Below are positions 1-14,172 of a DNA stretch of 64,000 bases, in pieces; the stretch's first letter is position 1, and each line of letters opens with the position of its first letter. Under the pieces are notes generated by a model that was not told the origin of the DNA, made no database searches, and was given only the letters and a program-made list of their open reading frames with translations. The DNA is from Octopus vulgaris (Eukaryota), in contig OX597824.1 of assembly GCA_951406725.2 (NCBI GenBank), positions 80,538,001 to 80,602,000 on the forward strand, written 5' to 3'. The position numbers and the translations under genes are program-made.

Positions 1-585
1 AGGGCTGAGCACCCCAACAACAACAACAACAACAACAACACAAGTAACAATGACAATTACCAAAGTACCGACAATGACAGCCACTACAACAACAAATGCA
101 AAACAATATACTACTGAACATGCAGGAAGGTAAAATGCGATGGGCATGGCTGGAACGCCTTGGTTATAGGTTTGTTATGAACAAGGATGATCTAGGGCTG
201 AGCACCCCAACAACAACAACAACAACAACAACACAAGTAACAATGACAATTACTAAAGCACCGACAATGACAGCCACTACAACAACAAATGCAAAACAAT
301 ATACTACTGAACATGCAGGAAGGTAAAATGCGATGGGCATGGCTGGAACGCCTTGGTTATAGGTTTGTTATGAACAAGGATGATCTAGGGCTGAGCACCC
401 CGACAACAACAACAACACAAATAACAATGACAATTACTAAAGCACCGACAATGACAGCCACTACAACAACAAATGCAAAACAATATACTACTGAACATGC
501 AGGAAGGTAAAATGCGATGGGCATGGCTGGAACGGCTTGGTTATAGGTTTGTTATGAACAAGGATGATCTAGGGCTGAGCACCCC

Positions 586-616
<31 letters not shown>

Positions 617-865
617 CAAGTAACAATGACAATTACCAAAGCACCGACAATGACAGCCACTACAACAACAAATGCAAATCAATATACTACTGAACATGCA
701 GGAAGGTAAAATGCGATGGGCATGGCTGGAACGGCTTGGTTATAGGTTTGTTATGAACAAGGATGATCTAGGGCTGAGCACCCCAACAACAACAATAACA
801 CAAATAACAATGACAATTACTAAAGCACCGACAATGACAGCCACTACAACAACAAATGCAAAACA
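1..865 (+). repeat. Tandem array of ~184-199 bp units with an internal variable (CAA)n tract
   Basis: Unit starts (agggctgagcacccc) at 1, 194, 387, 571 and 770. Units are near-identical apart from CAA copy number. The array probably continues upstream of the window. Confidence 0.95.
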
Positions 866-1692
866 GACCCTTCTTTCAAAATGAAAAGTCGAGGGTGACA
901 TATAATGTAATTGCTTTAATGAATAAATAGTAAAAGAAAAAAAGACCCTAAAAAGACACCGCAATGATAGAGGAACTGAAATAATTCTATCGCGTTAACA
1001 ATGGCAGTCTAGCTTCAACATCAGCAACAACAATAAAGACATGTTACAACTGTAAACAGCTACAAGAACAACGACAGCGATTGCGATTTAACGACAAAAT
1101 CAGCCAACGATAACAACTTCGACGGACGACTATCACGACGATTAATCGGAACTAACTACAGCACCAATAACAAGATAATAAAAACCGACGGTAGAAAAAA
1201 CTGAGACGGACAGTGTTAGAAAAAAAAAAATAAAAAAATAAAAAAATGTATATATATATACATAATAATGATAATAAACAGGGAAAAAAGAGAAGATGCG
1301 AGTAAGGAAGTCGACAGTGAAGAAATAACAGAGCGGAGTTACAACAATAACATGAATAACAAATGGTTAGGAAAAAAAAAAAAAAAAAACACAAGCTAAC
1401 TCCAACAGTAAGACAATGATGAAAAGCAAAAAAACAAAAAACAAAAAAAACAAAGAAAAAACACAGAAGAGTAAAAAAAAAAATAAAAGAAAAAAAACTG
1501 TGATGATTAGTAATAACAATAATAAAGTCCTCAGAAGTGACAATGCCAATGACAACAACAACAACGACAACAATTAAATATAACAACTTGAAATGTGTAT
1601 AAATTGGAAACAATAATAAAAAAAAATAATGTTCTAGATATGGAAAAACATTCGCACAATAAACGCGACCAAAATAGACATTATAGTCAAGT

Positions 1693-1722
1693 GTAATAAT
1701 AATGATAATGATGATGATGATG

Positions 1723-1781
<59 letters not shown>

Positions 1782-1872
1782 TAGCAATAATACAAGCAAT
1801 AATACTAGCAATAATAGTAGTAGTAATAATAATAACAACGATAATAACAACAACAACAACAACAACAACAAC

Positions 1873-1914
<42 letters not shown>

Positions 1915-2230
1915 TAGCAATAATACAAGCAATAATACTAGCAATAATAGTAGTAGTAATAATAATAATAACGATAATAACAACAACAACAACAACAATA
2001 ATAATAATATTAATAATAGTAATAATAATAATAATAAAAATAAAAATAATAATAATAATAATAATAAGGAATATAATAATAAAAATAATAATATTAATAA
2101 TAATAGTAATAATAATAATAATAGTAATAATAATAATGATGATGACGATGATGTTGATGATGGTGATAATAACGGTAATAACAACAATAATGATAATAAT
2201 TGTAATAACAATATTAAGCATAGCAAGAAG
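1693..2230. repeat. Compound (AAT)n/(AAC)n microsatellite with a ~133 bp internal duplication
   Basis: ttagcaataatacaagcaataatactagcaataatagtagtag occurs at ~1781 and ~1914. Confidence 0.9.
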
Positions 2231-2894
2231 GATCAAAATTGTTGTTATTATTATGAAAGGAATGTGGAAATAATAAGACTAACAATATTAGGAAGAGAAA
2301 CAACAGCAATAATGATAATAATATTAATCATAATAATGATGCAGGATCTGTGAACTTAACACGTGTGCGTTGAGTAAAAGTCCTAGGCTAAAATAGCGAT
2401 CAAACGAAACGAAACCAGCAAAAATAAACAGAGAGTCAAAAAAAAAAAAACAAACAAAAAGCAAATTACACTGATGTTGATATTTTGCTATCAACAACCA
2501 CGACAACAACAAAAACCGGCAGCGAAAAATAAATGTAAACATCAACAACAACAACAACAACAACAACCAAAAAATTGAGTTGCAATGAAAAATAAAATAA
2601 AATAAAATAAAATGATAAATAAATGAAAGAATAAATAAATAAATAAATAAATAAGTAGGAAGAGAGGCGAAGTGAAGTGAATTGAAAAAAGTGCCGAAAA
2701 TGAAAGAACGATGAAAGCGCCATAAAGGAAAAAGAAGCTTGAATGGAAAGAAAGGGAGGTAACAATATATTTCAAATAAAACGAAGTAATTAATTACATC
2801 CAGTATGAAAGGAGAAGTGTATGTGTGTGGATATATATATATATAGTGTATGTGTATATATATATATATATATATGCACACGTATACATGTATA

Positions 2895-2931
<37 letters not shown>

Positions 2932-3196
2932 GCACACGTATACATGTACATACATATACACAAATTTATATACATATGCATATTTGTATATGCGTATATA
3001 TATATATAAATATATGTATGTATATATGTATATAGACATGTATGTATGGGTATATTTGTATATTTATATTTGTTTATACATATATATATACATTTATATA
3101 TATGTATATATGAATATATATACATATATATATATATATATATGAATGTATATACATACACACATACATAAGCATATATGTATATATGTATATATA

Positions 3197-3244
<48 letters not shown>

Positions 3245-3790
3245 CACACACACACATATATACGTATGTATACACACACGTACAGACGTACATGCAAGCT
3301 GACACCGAAATATCCTGAAATATAATTAGTCATTTGCACGGAATAACAATATTAATGTACATAATAAATGTGGTTATATTTATTATATAATTTATTACTG
3401 TATTATAATGATATTATAATGATATTACAGTATAATAATATATGCAGCTCGTAAAATTATAATAATTTATTAACGCTTTATAATAACCATATATTACATA
3501 TATATTTACTGCTGAAATCGGAATAACGATTGCTTGCACGATGCTATCGATAATTTCTGTTGGTGCCTTTGTACTCTCAAGTATGTCATTGACCCCCAAC
3601 ATGTCTTTCCCTCTCTTGACCTTGCAGAAATTATTTGCAGCTGCGTATATCGGGAGAACTTAAAATGACGGTTTTATATCACATATTCTCAGGAGCACAA
3701 CACGCCGCACTGTTCATGACTTGAAACCATTATCCTCTCTTTGCGAGTTCAGCACCCGTAACTACAGAGCCTTGCTCTTTGACATAGTTT

Positions 3791-3990
3791 CTCTTTTACT
3801 CTTTTACTTGTTTCAGTTATTTGACTGCGGCCATGCTGGGGCACCGCCTTTAGTCCAGCAAATCGACCCCGGGACTTATTCTTTGTAAGCCTAGTACTTA
3901 TTCTATCGGTCTCTTTTGCCGAACAGCTAAGTTACGGGGACGTAAACACACCAGCATCGGTTGTCAAGTGATGTTGGGGGACAAACACGC
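3791..3990 (-). mobile_element. SINE family B, 3' half
   Basis: Reverse complement of the family B tail (...gcagtcaaatgactgaaacaagtaaaagagtaaaagag). Confidence 0.85.
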
Positions 3991-4032
3991 ACACACACAC
4001 ACATATATATATATATACATATACACATATAC

Positions 4033-4266
4033 TATTTCTTTACTACCCACAAGGGGCTAAACACAGAGGGGGACGAACAAGGACAGAGAAACAGATTAAG
4101 TCGATTATATCGACCCCAGTGCGTAACTGGTACTTATTTAATCGACCCCGAAAGGATGAAAGGCAAAGTCGACCTCGGCGGAATTTGAACTCAGGACGTA
4201 GCGACAGACAAAATGCTGCTGAGCATTTCGCCCGGCGTGCTAACGTTTCTGCCGGCTCGCCGCCTT
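4033..4266 (-). mobile_element. SINE family A, full length (tRNA-like head, central gtcgactttgcctttcatcctttcggggtcgat domain)
   Basis: Matches copies at 45314 and 47946, with A/B-box-like motifs. It sits in the internal microsatellite of a family B copy. Confidence 0.9.
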
Positions 4267-4582
4267 AATATACACGTACACATATACATATACATACATG
4301 TGCGTGTGTGTGTGCATGTGTTATATGCTAGTGCTTCCGTTGGTATTTAAACTACTGTTTGTAATTTTAATAAACCAAAGCTATGTTACAGAGACAATTT
4401 ATACATGACACTTATAAACAATTTCTTGCAGCTTCCCATAAAAACCAAAGATTTATATTAAAACAGAATTGAGTATTTGTAATGTTGCATATATTGTAGG
4501 TATGCTTTGCATACCATGCATTATTGCCGGAAATCCCACTGGTATGCACGTTGGTATGCATGCATGCCCCCCCCCCACATAC

Positions 4583-4659
<77 letters not shown>

Positions 4660-4836
4660 AACATTTAATGTGGTTTTAGAGTCAAGTTTTGGCAGCTACT
4701 TTCAGCGTGGTGGTATCTCTTAGATACCGTAAATTATAATTTTAATAAGTATTACCTTAGCAGGTTTTTATTCCCATACTGGCCAGTCGATAAGATCGCT
4801 ATTTAAATAACGATCTTATTCTTATTTATATAAATA

Positions 4837-5230
4837 CTAGCAGTATCGCCCGGCGTTGCTCGGGTTTCTAAGGGAAATAACTATATAAGCATTTTTAGAG
4901 AGTTATAGCCAAAAAATAGCAAAAAAATGCATTAAAAATGGGAAAAAATGATGGTAAATTTTTTAAAAATCGTTGACTCATCGTAGACATTTTTAGAGAG
5001 TTACTTCCCTTATATAAGAGCGAAAAAAATGCATTCAAATGGAAAAAAATTATGGTAAATTTTTTTTTAAATCGTAGACTCATCGTAGACGCGCGCTAAT
5101 ACTCAGAAGGGCTCGATATGAATCACGACTATAAGATACGCGGCTTTGGTTAAACTGCACCGCAAAATGTGGGAGTAGTTAGGAATCTAAATCGTAGGAG
5201 ACAGACACACAACCTTACTTTTATATATAA

Positions 5231-5233
<3 letters not shown>
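4837..5233 (-). mobile_element. Non-autonomous Helitron
   Basis: On the minus strand: 5' TC, subterminal GC-rich hairpin cccgagcaacgccggg, 3' CTAG, inserted between A and T with no TSD. Near-identical copy at 44614-45000. Confidence 0.9.
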
Positions 5234-5273
<40 letters not shown>

Positions 5274-5681
5274 ACGTCCATAAGGCTTCCTTTTATCAAA
5301 TCCACTATCAAGGTACTTATCAGTCCGGAGCTAGCGTCGAGGACTATTACCGCGCAGTAGGACTAAACTTGAAACCACGGGGTTGCAAATCCCGCTTCTT
5401 TACATCACAACCATCAGTTACGCGCCTTCATTGGTTTATTTTTTTCTTCTTCATATAACGTTGGTAATTTCGAAATGAAGGGAAAGAAAGATCGCAAAAT
5501 ACCTTGCGGTGTTTAGTTTTTAGTCTATGATTTCAAATCACGCGTGATCAAGCTTACCTATGACGTTTCTATTGTTAAAATGTGAGCAACATTGTATTCA
5601 GTAGATGTAGACTTGTGTTATAATACTTCTGTTCTGCTTTGTTATTCCTTGTGACTTCAGTGTTTCACTTGTAAGTTGTTT

Positions 5682-6102
5682 GTTGTTGTTGGCATCCCTT
5701 TGTCTTGGGAGACAATGGATTTCGCATAAACTAATCCAGTCTGGTTTTTACATTTCATGTCCTCTCCAGTTTTGCACATGCCTGGGGATAGATGTAAGAA
5801 AAACCTGGGTAGCCCAATCGTCAGGATTCCTCTCTCGACCTTGCTGACGTAGTCCAAAGGAGTGCAGGGCGTTACGTTTGGCACCAGCTTGGTTGCATGA
5901 GCTGCCGGAAGAATGTTGAGTCGAATACTAAACAACCAACGAGGCTCCACTCCGGATTTCTTTGAAGGTTGTCTCCTTTCCGTAACCCTGGATAGGGGCC
6001 CATACAAGGTACTGTCAGCCGGAGCAAGCAGAGCCTAGGACTCGTATCAGGCAGGGTCGTCATTCCCTGAAGTAGTGAAGAAAATCGCTACCCACTACCT
6101 TG
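5682..6102 (-). mobile_element. Non-autonomous RTE-derived bipartite element (RTE-like 5' UTR fused to RTE-like 3' end)
   Basis: The minus strand ends ccattgtctcccaagacaaagggatgcc(aac)n, an RTE-type tail. The body resembles RTE 5' UTRs (from memory). Candidate 12 bp TSD tgtaagttgttt (5670) / tgtgagttgttt (6103). Confidence 0.65.
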
Positions 6103-6999
6103 TGTGAGTTGTTTAGGGCTTGTGTAATGCAACTCGCGATATTTTGTCAAGCGGTGATAAAAATAAATACTTTCGTTTATGTTACGTCATATGTTATGTT
6201 ACGTCATCTGGTTGTAATTGTATAGCCTATGTACTGTGTTGTCTGTATTATTATGGGTGGTGAGTTTATCGAGTGTGCTCTGTTGTTCTGTTCTGTGTTT
6301 TACACTTCTAATTGTTAAGCGTCGAAGTTGACAAAATTCTTGTCATTTCTTATATTCTATCCTTGTATTTGCTGTCGTCACACCCATCTATCAATTACAG
6401 TTGAAACACTAACAAGATTAAAGCCTTTCACAACACATTTTATCTAATATGACAAATACTGAGCGACTGTGCTATGCGACTTGGACTCACTAATTATCAA
6501 ATAATATAATTATTAAGCAATTAAAGACGAAAATGCTAATCATGTATCTTACCAATTTAAAAGCAATTACCTACTTACCAAAAGCTGTATCACATTAACT
6601 CCCAAAAGGGGTCAGGTTTAATTTGTGTTCGGGCGTCTGAAATAACTCTTGTCTTTATGTCATCTTATGATCTGTGGTATCGCAGCCATGACGTGGTATA
6701 TGGTCCACTCTAGATTTCGTAGAACTTGAGGAGATTCATGTAGTTAAACAGATATAAGTTCAGGCATATGATTTATGAGAATTATTGAGTATGTTGTTAT
6801 TATTATGAATTTCATGTAACGAAATCCCTTATTACAGTGGGCATTAATAATAGAAGTAAATTGTGAACGGCGCAGTAATAGATGTAAATATTGCGATGTT
6901 TCATATCTTGGCTCTAAAATTATTTATTGAAAGAAAAGAAAAGAAAAAAATTTAAATAGCTTAGAGAGAGGGAGAGAGCTGATACTGTTGCTTGTCATT

Positions 7000-8450
7000 A
7001 ATTAAACAATGTTTCAGCAAGACCCAAGATTTTATCGGGTGTATACATTTCACTCAGTAGGGATTTAAATATTTTGAACTGTTCAGAAGTTTGAAAATTT
7101 ATCTAGGATATCGTATGTGCTGCAATTTTTTTTTATCAGACTGGTAAGAAACTATAGAGGACTTGAAACAATTTTCAGGTCATTTGAAAATTGCTTGTTT
7201 AAAGCAACTTTTTAAAAGTTTTCGCTCCTGAGTTTCTGGCGTTTCCAGATCAATTTCATTTTTCATAAAGAATAATAGAAAAGTGTTTCTGTAAATACTT
7301 TGAGAGTAAAACAATTTCATGCTACGTTTATTACATTCATTCAGATTAAGTCACATTTATTTTAAAATTTGTCTCTTCAATAGATCTTCATGAAATTATT
7401 TTACAATTGTTTCATCCTTCATAATTGCATATTGAAAATGAAGACAAATTGTTTCATAATTTTGTCACACTGTGACGAAACTGTACGAGATACGAGTTAG
7501 ATACACACCTCTGCTCTGCCCCACAAATATTCTATTTGACAAATTTGTTGTTCTAATTGAGAGGAGCATTCAGACAGTTCCTTTTGATTCATAGACAATC
7601 TGCTGCTAGCGAAGTACAATTTATTCATCAATTATTGAAAAGGGTTAATTCCATGAACTTTTTTCACTGAGTCACCTATTGCAGCTTTTAATCTGTGATT
7701 AATACAGTGTAAAATTATCACACCAGAGTAATATACTTTGAGAAGTGTTTCAACATCAGATCTGACACCAAATATTATGTTCGCTACATTACTAGCAAGC
7801 GCTACAAAGGTCTGTTTCAAGTAAGCTTTTGATGAGACAGCTCAATCTCTGCTTAGCGATAGCTACAGCTTCCTAATCAGGCGGGCGGTTCAATTAGGTT
7901 TAAAAACATAAAATGGGGATCCCAGTTCAATTAGGTCTAAAAATATGAATTAAGGATCACCTTCTTTATAACTTTCATATTTGAAACGAACGATAAAGGC
8001 GGGCTTATTACTCGCCTTGTTGATTCATCAGTGAGAACAAGAATTTTCCTATTCATCTGTGAGATACGCTGGCAAATGTTGATTTTCATTTAATGGCTAC
8101 GTGATTAATTATATCAGAAGCACTTGTACGGCTATGTCATCTCGTCCCAATATCTGTACCATTTTTCTTTTGAAGTTAGAGTAAACCGAAGTGAACGCAT
8201 AAGGACCTGTCATTCAGAGCTAAATAATACGAAGAACGAAATATTGAATAACATGCCTTCAGATGCCAACCAATCATGGTGTCACATAATTTCCCAAGAG
8301 CATCTTCATTAGTTCTGTTTTCACCTCTGGGGCACTAGTTTAGGTTTTTGATTGTTTGTGATCAGTAATTTATTTTCTACGAGACAACCAGCTCGTACAT
8401 CAATGGGTTCCATAGAAGGGTACTAAGTGCATCAGCCAATTATTCGGCGG
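7000..8450 (-). pseudogene. Decayed hAT-superfamily transposase (ZNF862/KIAA1586-like)
   Basis: Minus-strand fragments read ILVLTDESTR (catalytic DE motif region) and LASNVANIIFGVRSDVETLLK...LHCINHRLKAAIGD (CxxH motif), with many stops and frameshifts. Boundaries are approximate. Confidence 0.65.
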
Positions 8451-8896
8451 TGACAAACCGTTAGAAGTGAAAAGTTTCAGATCGCTTATGATTATACCCA
8501 AGCATATCGACTTGTTCAGTCCAAACGCCTCAAATACGATGCAAATCTGACTTCGAAGCATCATTACTACCAGAACTTCGTATGGCCCCGGCTACAACAC
8601 ACGAACTATGAATAGGCAAAACGAATCTTTTGTCACCTTCGCTGTTATCAATTAGTTTATTTGACGTTAGTCTTGCTTCATTCTTCACCTCATTCATTCA
8701 TTCATTCATTCATTCATTCATTCATTCAAGAAACAAAGAAAGAAAGAAGCCAACTTTGTCTGCTTAAGAGCCATGATGTTGTCTGATAATTTGATTTGAT
8801 AGATAAATAAAAAGTAAAAAGTGAAAATAAAAGGTCTCTGCGTTTGATTTATCATCCTCAGCGTGTGTGTATGTCACATAACATACACACAAAGAT

Positions 8897-9225
8897 ACTT
8901 TTATCTTTTACTTGCATCAGTCATTAGAATGCGGCCATGCTGGGGCATCGCCTTGAAGAATTTCAGTCGAACGAATCGACTCATTCTTTTTAGAGCCTGG
9001 CACTTATACTATCGGTCTCTTTTACAGAACGCCAAGTAACGGGGACATAAACATACCAGCACCGGTTTTCAAGCGGTGGTGGGGATATTCACAATGAAAC
9101 ACACATACACACACATTCACACACACACACACACACATGCACACACACATACACACACACACAGACCACAAGCCTCTTTCAGATTCCGTCTACCAAATCA
9201 TATCACAAGGCTATGGTCAGCCCGA
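8897..9225 (-). mobile_element. SINE family B, diverged
   Basis: Degenerate match to family B with an internal (CA)n tract. Confidence 0.7.
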
Positions 9226-9273
9226 GACTCTAGCTCGTACGCATGTATCTACGAATAAAAGAAAACCTCTCTT

Positions 9274-9470
9274 TCTTTCTTTTACTTGTTTCAGTCATTT
9301 GACTGCGGCCATGCTGGAGCACCGCTTATTAGTCGAGCAAATCGACCCCGGGACTTATTCTTTGTAAGCCCAGTACTTAATCTATCGGTCTCTTTTGCCG
9401 AACGGCTAAGTGACGGGGACGTAAACACACCAGCATCGGTTGTCAAGCAATGTCAGGGGGACAAACACAG

Positions 9471-9518
<48 letters not shown>

Positions 9519-9938
9519 CAATCGTACTGACTTTCATGGGAAGCATGTATTTTCGTGGTTGAAACCTTTTGGATTAACTGGTGCTAGAGTGAGCAATATA
9601 ATGACCACTCTCTTATATTTATTTTGTAAAAATATTATAATATGTTATAAAATATTATAATAATCCAGGTTTCTCGGAGCACTAGGCCACTTGGTGTTGA
9701 ATAAATATACTATTAAATTAGTATCTAATTCTCTCACCCTTATTAATTAATTATATATATATATACATATATACGACAGGCTTCTTTCAGTTTCCGTCTA
9801 CCAAATCCACTCACAAGGCATTGGTCGGCCCGGGGCTATAGCAGAAGACACTTGCCCAAGAAGCCACGCAGTGGGACTGAACCCGGAACCATGTGGTTGG
9901 TTAGCAAGCTACTTACCACACAGCCACTCCTGCGCCTA
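9274..9938 (-). mobile_element. SINE family B, full length, with a ~235 bp insert (9517-9750) in its internal (TA)n
   Basis: Head ggcgcaggagtggctgtgtgg...ggttcagtccc (A/B boxes), CORE-like cttgggcaagtgtctt and the family tail are all present. Confidence 0.9.
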
Positions 9939-10017
9939 TTTGTATTTTGCTTGTTTTATATGTTGTAAGTGATGTTGTCTATTTATCACTTTCAGATGTG
10001 TGTCCAGCGAAATGCCT

Positions 10018-10244
10018 TACTCTACTCTTTTACTCTTTTATTTGTTTCATTCATATGACTGTGGCCATGCTGGAGCACCGCCTTTAGTCGAGCAAATCGG
10101 CCCCAGGACTTATTCTTTGTAAGCCTAGTACTTATTATATCGGTCTCTTTTGTCGAACCGCTAATTTACGGGGACGTAAACACACCAGAATCGGTTGTCA
10201 AGCGATGTTGCAGACACAGACACAGACACACACACATACACACA

Positions 10245-10286
<42 letters not shown>

Positions 10287-10447
10287 TATATACTACGGGA
10301 TTCTTTCAGTTTCCGTCTACCAAATCCATTCACAAGGCTTTGGTCGGCCCGAGAAGACACTTGCCCATGGTGCCACGCAATGGGACTGAACCCGTAACCA
10401 TGTGGATTGTAAGCAAGCTACTTACTACACAGCCACTCCTAAGCCTA
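10018..10447 (-). mobile_element. SINE family B, full length
   Basis: Head, internal microsatellite and tail as in other copies. Confidence 0.88.
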
Positions 10448-10601
10448 TCAGGTTCTAATAGGTTTGTTTAGCATCTTTAGACTGTGCTATACTGATGATG
10501 CCTCATACACGGAAACATTTGATCATAATTGTTTTGTCACAGTAGGCAAAGATAAGACTGCCTTTTACCTAAGTATGAATATTATTACTTCGAGATATGC
10601 T

Positions 10602-10925
10602 TTGGGTTGTCCGGAAAGTTCGTGCCGATTTATCGTAGCTTAGCTTTCGACTTATTTTAGAACATGGTTAAGTCCATAAAATAAGATTTGTCTACACCTC
10701 CGTTTAGAGCACAGTTAAGCTATCTTTTCGTGGAAGAAGGTTTATGTTCCTATAACCTTAATTTAATTCTGTAACCCTTTAAAATGGAAGATAAGAAAGT
10801 TCATTTTCGGCTCTTGAGGCTTTGGGAACCAGACAAAAATTGCTGCAGCTCGGCTGGGATGTGTTACTAGATACTGCTCCTTCGAATTTCCACCTATTCA
10901 GGTATCTGCAGAATAGTCTTAGTGG

Positions 10926-10926
<1 letters not shown>
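10602..10926 (+). mobile_element. Internally deleted mariner transposon remnant (mellifera-subfamily-like)
   Basis: TIR-like ttgggttgtccggaaagttcgtgccgattt. ATG at 10784 reads MEDKKVHFR, then jumps to [33 protein letters not shown] (the mariner YSPDLAPSDxHLF region). Truncated by (CTAT)n. Confidence 0.85.
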
Positions 10927-11006
<80 letters not shown>

Positions 11007-11071
11007 GTTTGTCTGTCTATCTGCTTATCAGTCTGTCTGTCTCTCCGTCTGTCTGTCTGTCTGTCTTTCTG

Positions 11072-11121
<50 letters not shown>

Positions 11122-11125
<4 letters not shown>

Positions 11126-11287
11126 CTTTCACACAGTTTCCGTCTACCAGCTTCGGTCCCAAAGCATCGATCGGCTCGAGTCTATAGCAGAAGGCATTTA
11201 CCAAAAGGTGCTGCACAGTAGGACTGAACCCAGAACCAAGTGGTTGCAAGGTAAGCTTCTTAAAAACACAGCCATTGCAGCGCCTAT
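11122..11287 (-). mobile_element. SINE family B, diverged 5' half
   Basis: Degenerate head and body match. Confidence 0.7.
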
Positions 11288-12700
11288 AATCACATATTTT
11301 TTAAGATACAATTCAAATGAAAGACACACATTTGCACACACGCACAAACACACACATAGGCGCGCGCGCACAGATAAAAAAGACAAAACAAAACAAAATA
11401 TCACGGCATAGAGCAGGAACAGTTTTGAATAAGGGTTCGCTCTCTTTGTCTATGCAATCAAGTACCAGTCAATTACTGTGGTCGATTTAATATTCCTATA
11501 AAGCATCGTAGACCAGAAAGGAAATATAATAGATTAAGACTGTTAAAGCTGACCTTAACCGAACAACAACAACAACAACAAAAACAGCAACAACAACAAC
11601 AACAACATTCTCTGAGGGTCGGGGTTCTTTTTCAGTCTGCTGTCCTCCCCACCAGTTCCTTCCCCTTCAATATTCTTTGTTTTTTTTTGTAAGATTTGTA
11701 GCCTTGTGGCCGATATGAAAAATGCTTAATGTGGTCGGTTGATCGGTTAATTTTAAGCAGATACACACAGTAAATAATTGTTCATCAAATTGCCTCTTAA
11801 TAAGAAACATTTTCAGCTCAGCCAGACAAATATATAACAAAAGAGGCAGCAAACAAGCAAAAAAAAACAACACAAACCACCCCCCCCAAAAAAAACATGT
11901 CTGTTTCTTTATTTATTTAACTCACTTGCCAAACAAGGTGTAGTTCCTTGCCTTTGCGAAAATGCATACATACATTCATATATACATATGTACATACATG
12001 CATATAAATATATGTATATATGCTCGTGTGTGTATGTATGCATGTGAGTGTGTGTATTCATGTATATATGTTTGTGTGCACACATATACATAATAGCATA
12101 TATGTTTACGCTTGTGTATGTGTGTTAGTATATGCGTATTTGGTGTCTGTTTTTACCAGCAAGAACGGTAATGATTTTTAGCAGTGATAATAGGAATCAA
12201 GCATGAGCCAGATCATGTATTGTCCGTAATAGGTGAATTGATGATGCGGGTAGAATTAACGAGCTTCATCAGCAGGCGAATAAATGAAGCAAAAACAAAT
12301 AAACAAATGTAAATAAACATGAAATAAATGAAGAAATAATTGTAGAAAGACAGATGAAATAAAAAAAGAATAAAGATAAAATACGTTATAAAAATACATA
12401 AAAAAAAAGGAAATATAAATTAAACAAAATAAAAACTGATGAAAAATAGATAAATAGATATATAAATATATAACTAAATAAAACGAGGGAGAATGAATAA
12501 ATAAAGAAATCATGAGATAAAGCAAAGAGGAGAAAAATTGGCCTGATACTTCCTCTGTCTGTCGACACTGAAGCCATTCTCCCATTGTCCCCCTTAAGCT
12601 CCACCTATTATGATGTTGATAATTGTGTCTTCATTTATCTATTTCACTTAATTTGTCTTCATGACCGCCATTGACTACATTTTATTAATTGCTACTTTAT

Positions 12701-12926
12701 AAGGTGGCGATTTGGCAGAATAGTTAGCGAGTCGTATAAAATGCTTAGCAGCGTTTCTTCCGACTTTACGTTCAGAGTTCAAATGCCACCGAAGCAGACA
12801 TAAGCTTAATTCTTTTCGTGGGGGGGGGGAGACGTATGATAAAATAAATAACAGTCAAGTACTGGGTCGATGTAATCAACTTGCCCCCTCCCTCTAAAAT
12901 GTTGGCTTTCTACAAAAATTTGAAAC
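12701..12926 (+). mobile_element. SINE family A, diverged, with alternative tail
   Basis: Head aaggtggcgatttggcagaatagttagc and B-box agttcaaat. A similar old copy lies at 13356-13560. Confidence 0.7.
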
Positions 12927-12927
12927 A

Positions 12928-13348
12928 AGGCGTAGGAGTGGCTGTGTGGTAAGTAGCTTACTTACCAGCCACATGATTCTGGGTTCAGTCCCACTGCGTG
13001 GCACCTTGGGCAAGTGTCTTCTACTATTGCCTCGAGCCGACCAAAGCCTTGTGAATGGATCTGGTAGACGGAAACTGAAAGAAGCCCGTCTTATATATGT
13101 ATATATACGTATATGTGTATGTGTGTGTATATGTTTGTGTGTCTGTGTTTGTCCGCCCAACATCGCTTGACAACCGATGCTGGTGTGTTTACGTCCCCTT
13201 AACTTAGCGGTTCGGCAAAAAAGACCAATAGAATAAGTACTAGGCTTACAAAGAATAAGTCTTGGGGTCGATTTGCTCCACTAAAGGTGGTGCTCCAGTA
13301 TAGCCACAATTAATTGACTGAAACAAGTAAAAGAGTAAAAGAGAGTAA
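12928..13348 (+). mobile_element. SINE family B, full length
   Basis: Runs aggcgtaggagtggctgtgtggtaagtagc ... gaaacaagtaaaagagtaaaagagag. Confidence 0.92.
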
Positions 13349-13597
13349 ATTCTTGTTGAAATTCGCTAGCCTGTCAGACAACATGCTCAACAGCATTTCT
13401 TCTGCTCTTTACGTTACGGGTTCAAATCACACCTAGGTCAAATTTGTCTTTCATTCTTTCGAGCCGATAAAATAAAAGACTAGTCAAGTACTGAGGTCGA
13501 TTACACCGACTATCACTCTCTCCTTAAATTGCTGGCCTAGTGAAAAAATTAGAAAAATGTTATTCATCACTTTAACAAGAGGGTCCAGCGAAATGCC

Positions 13598-14172
<575 letters not shown>

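Noticed and set aside
1-865. CRISPR-like or retrozyme-like array
   Set aside because: There are no unique spacers or cas genes, and no hammerhead core on either strand of the unit.
96-884. Repeated 70-78 aa ORFs (MQNNILLNMQEG...)
   Set aside because: These are products of the tandem repeat. Unit lengths are not multiples of 3, so no continuous protein results, and there is no recognisable domain.
1152-3305. Long ORFs rich in I/Y/L/N, and similar ORFs throughout the window
   Set aside because: They are translations of (TA)n, (AAT)n, (CA)n and (GATA)n microsatellites.
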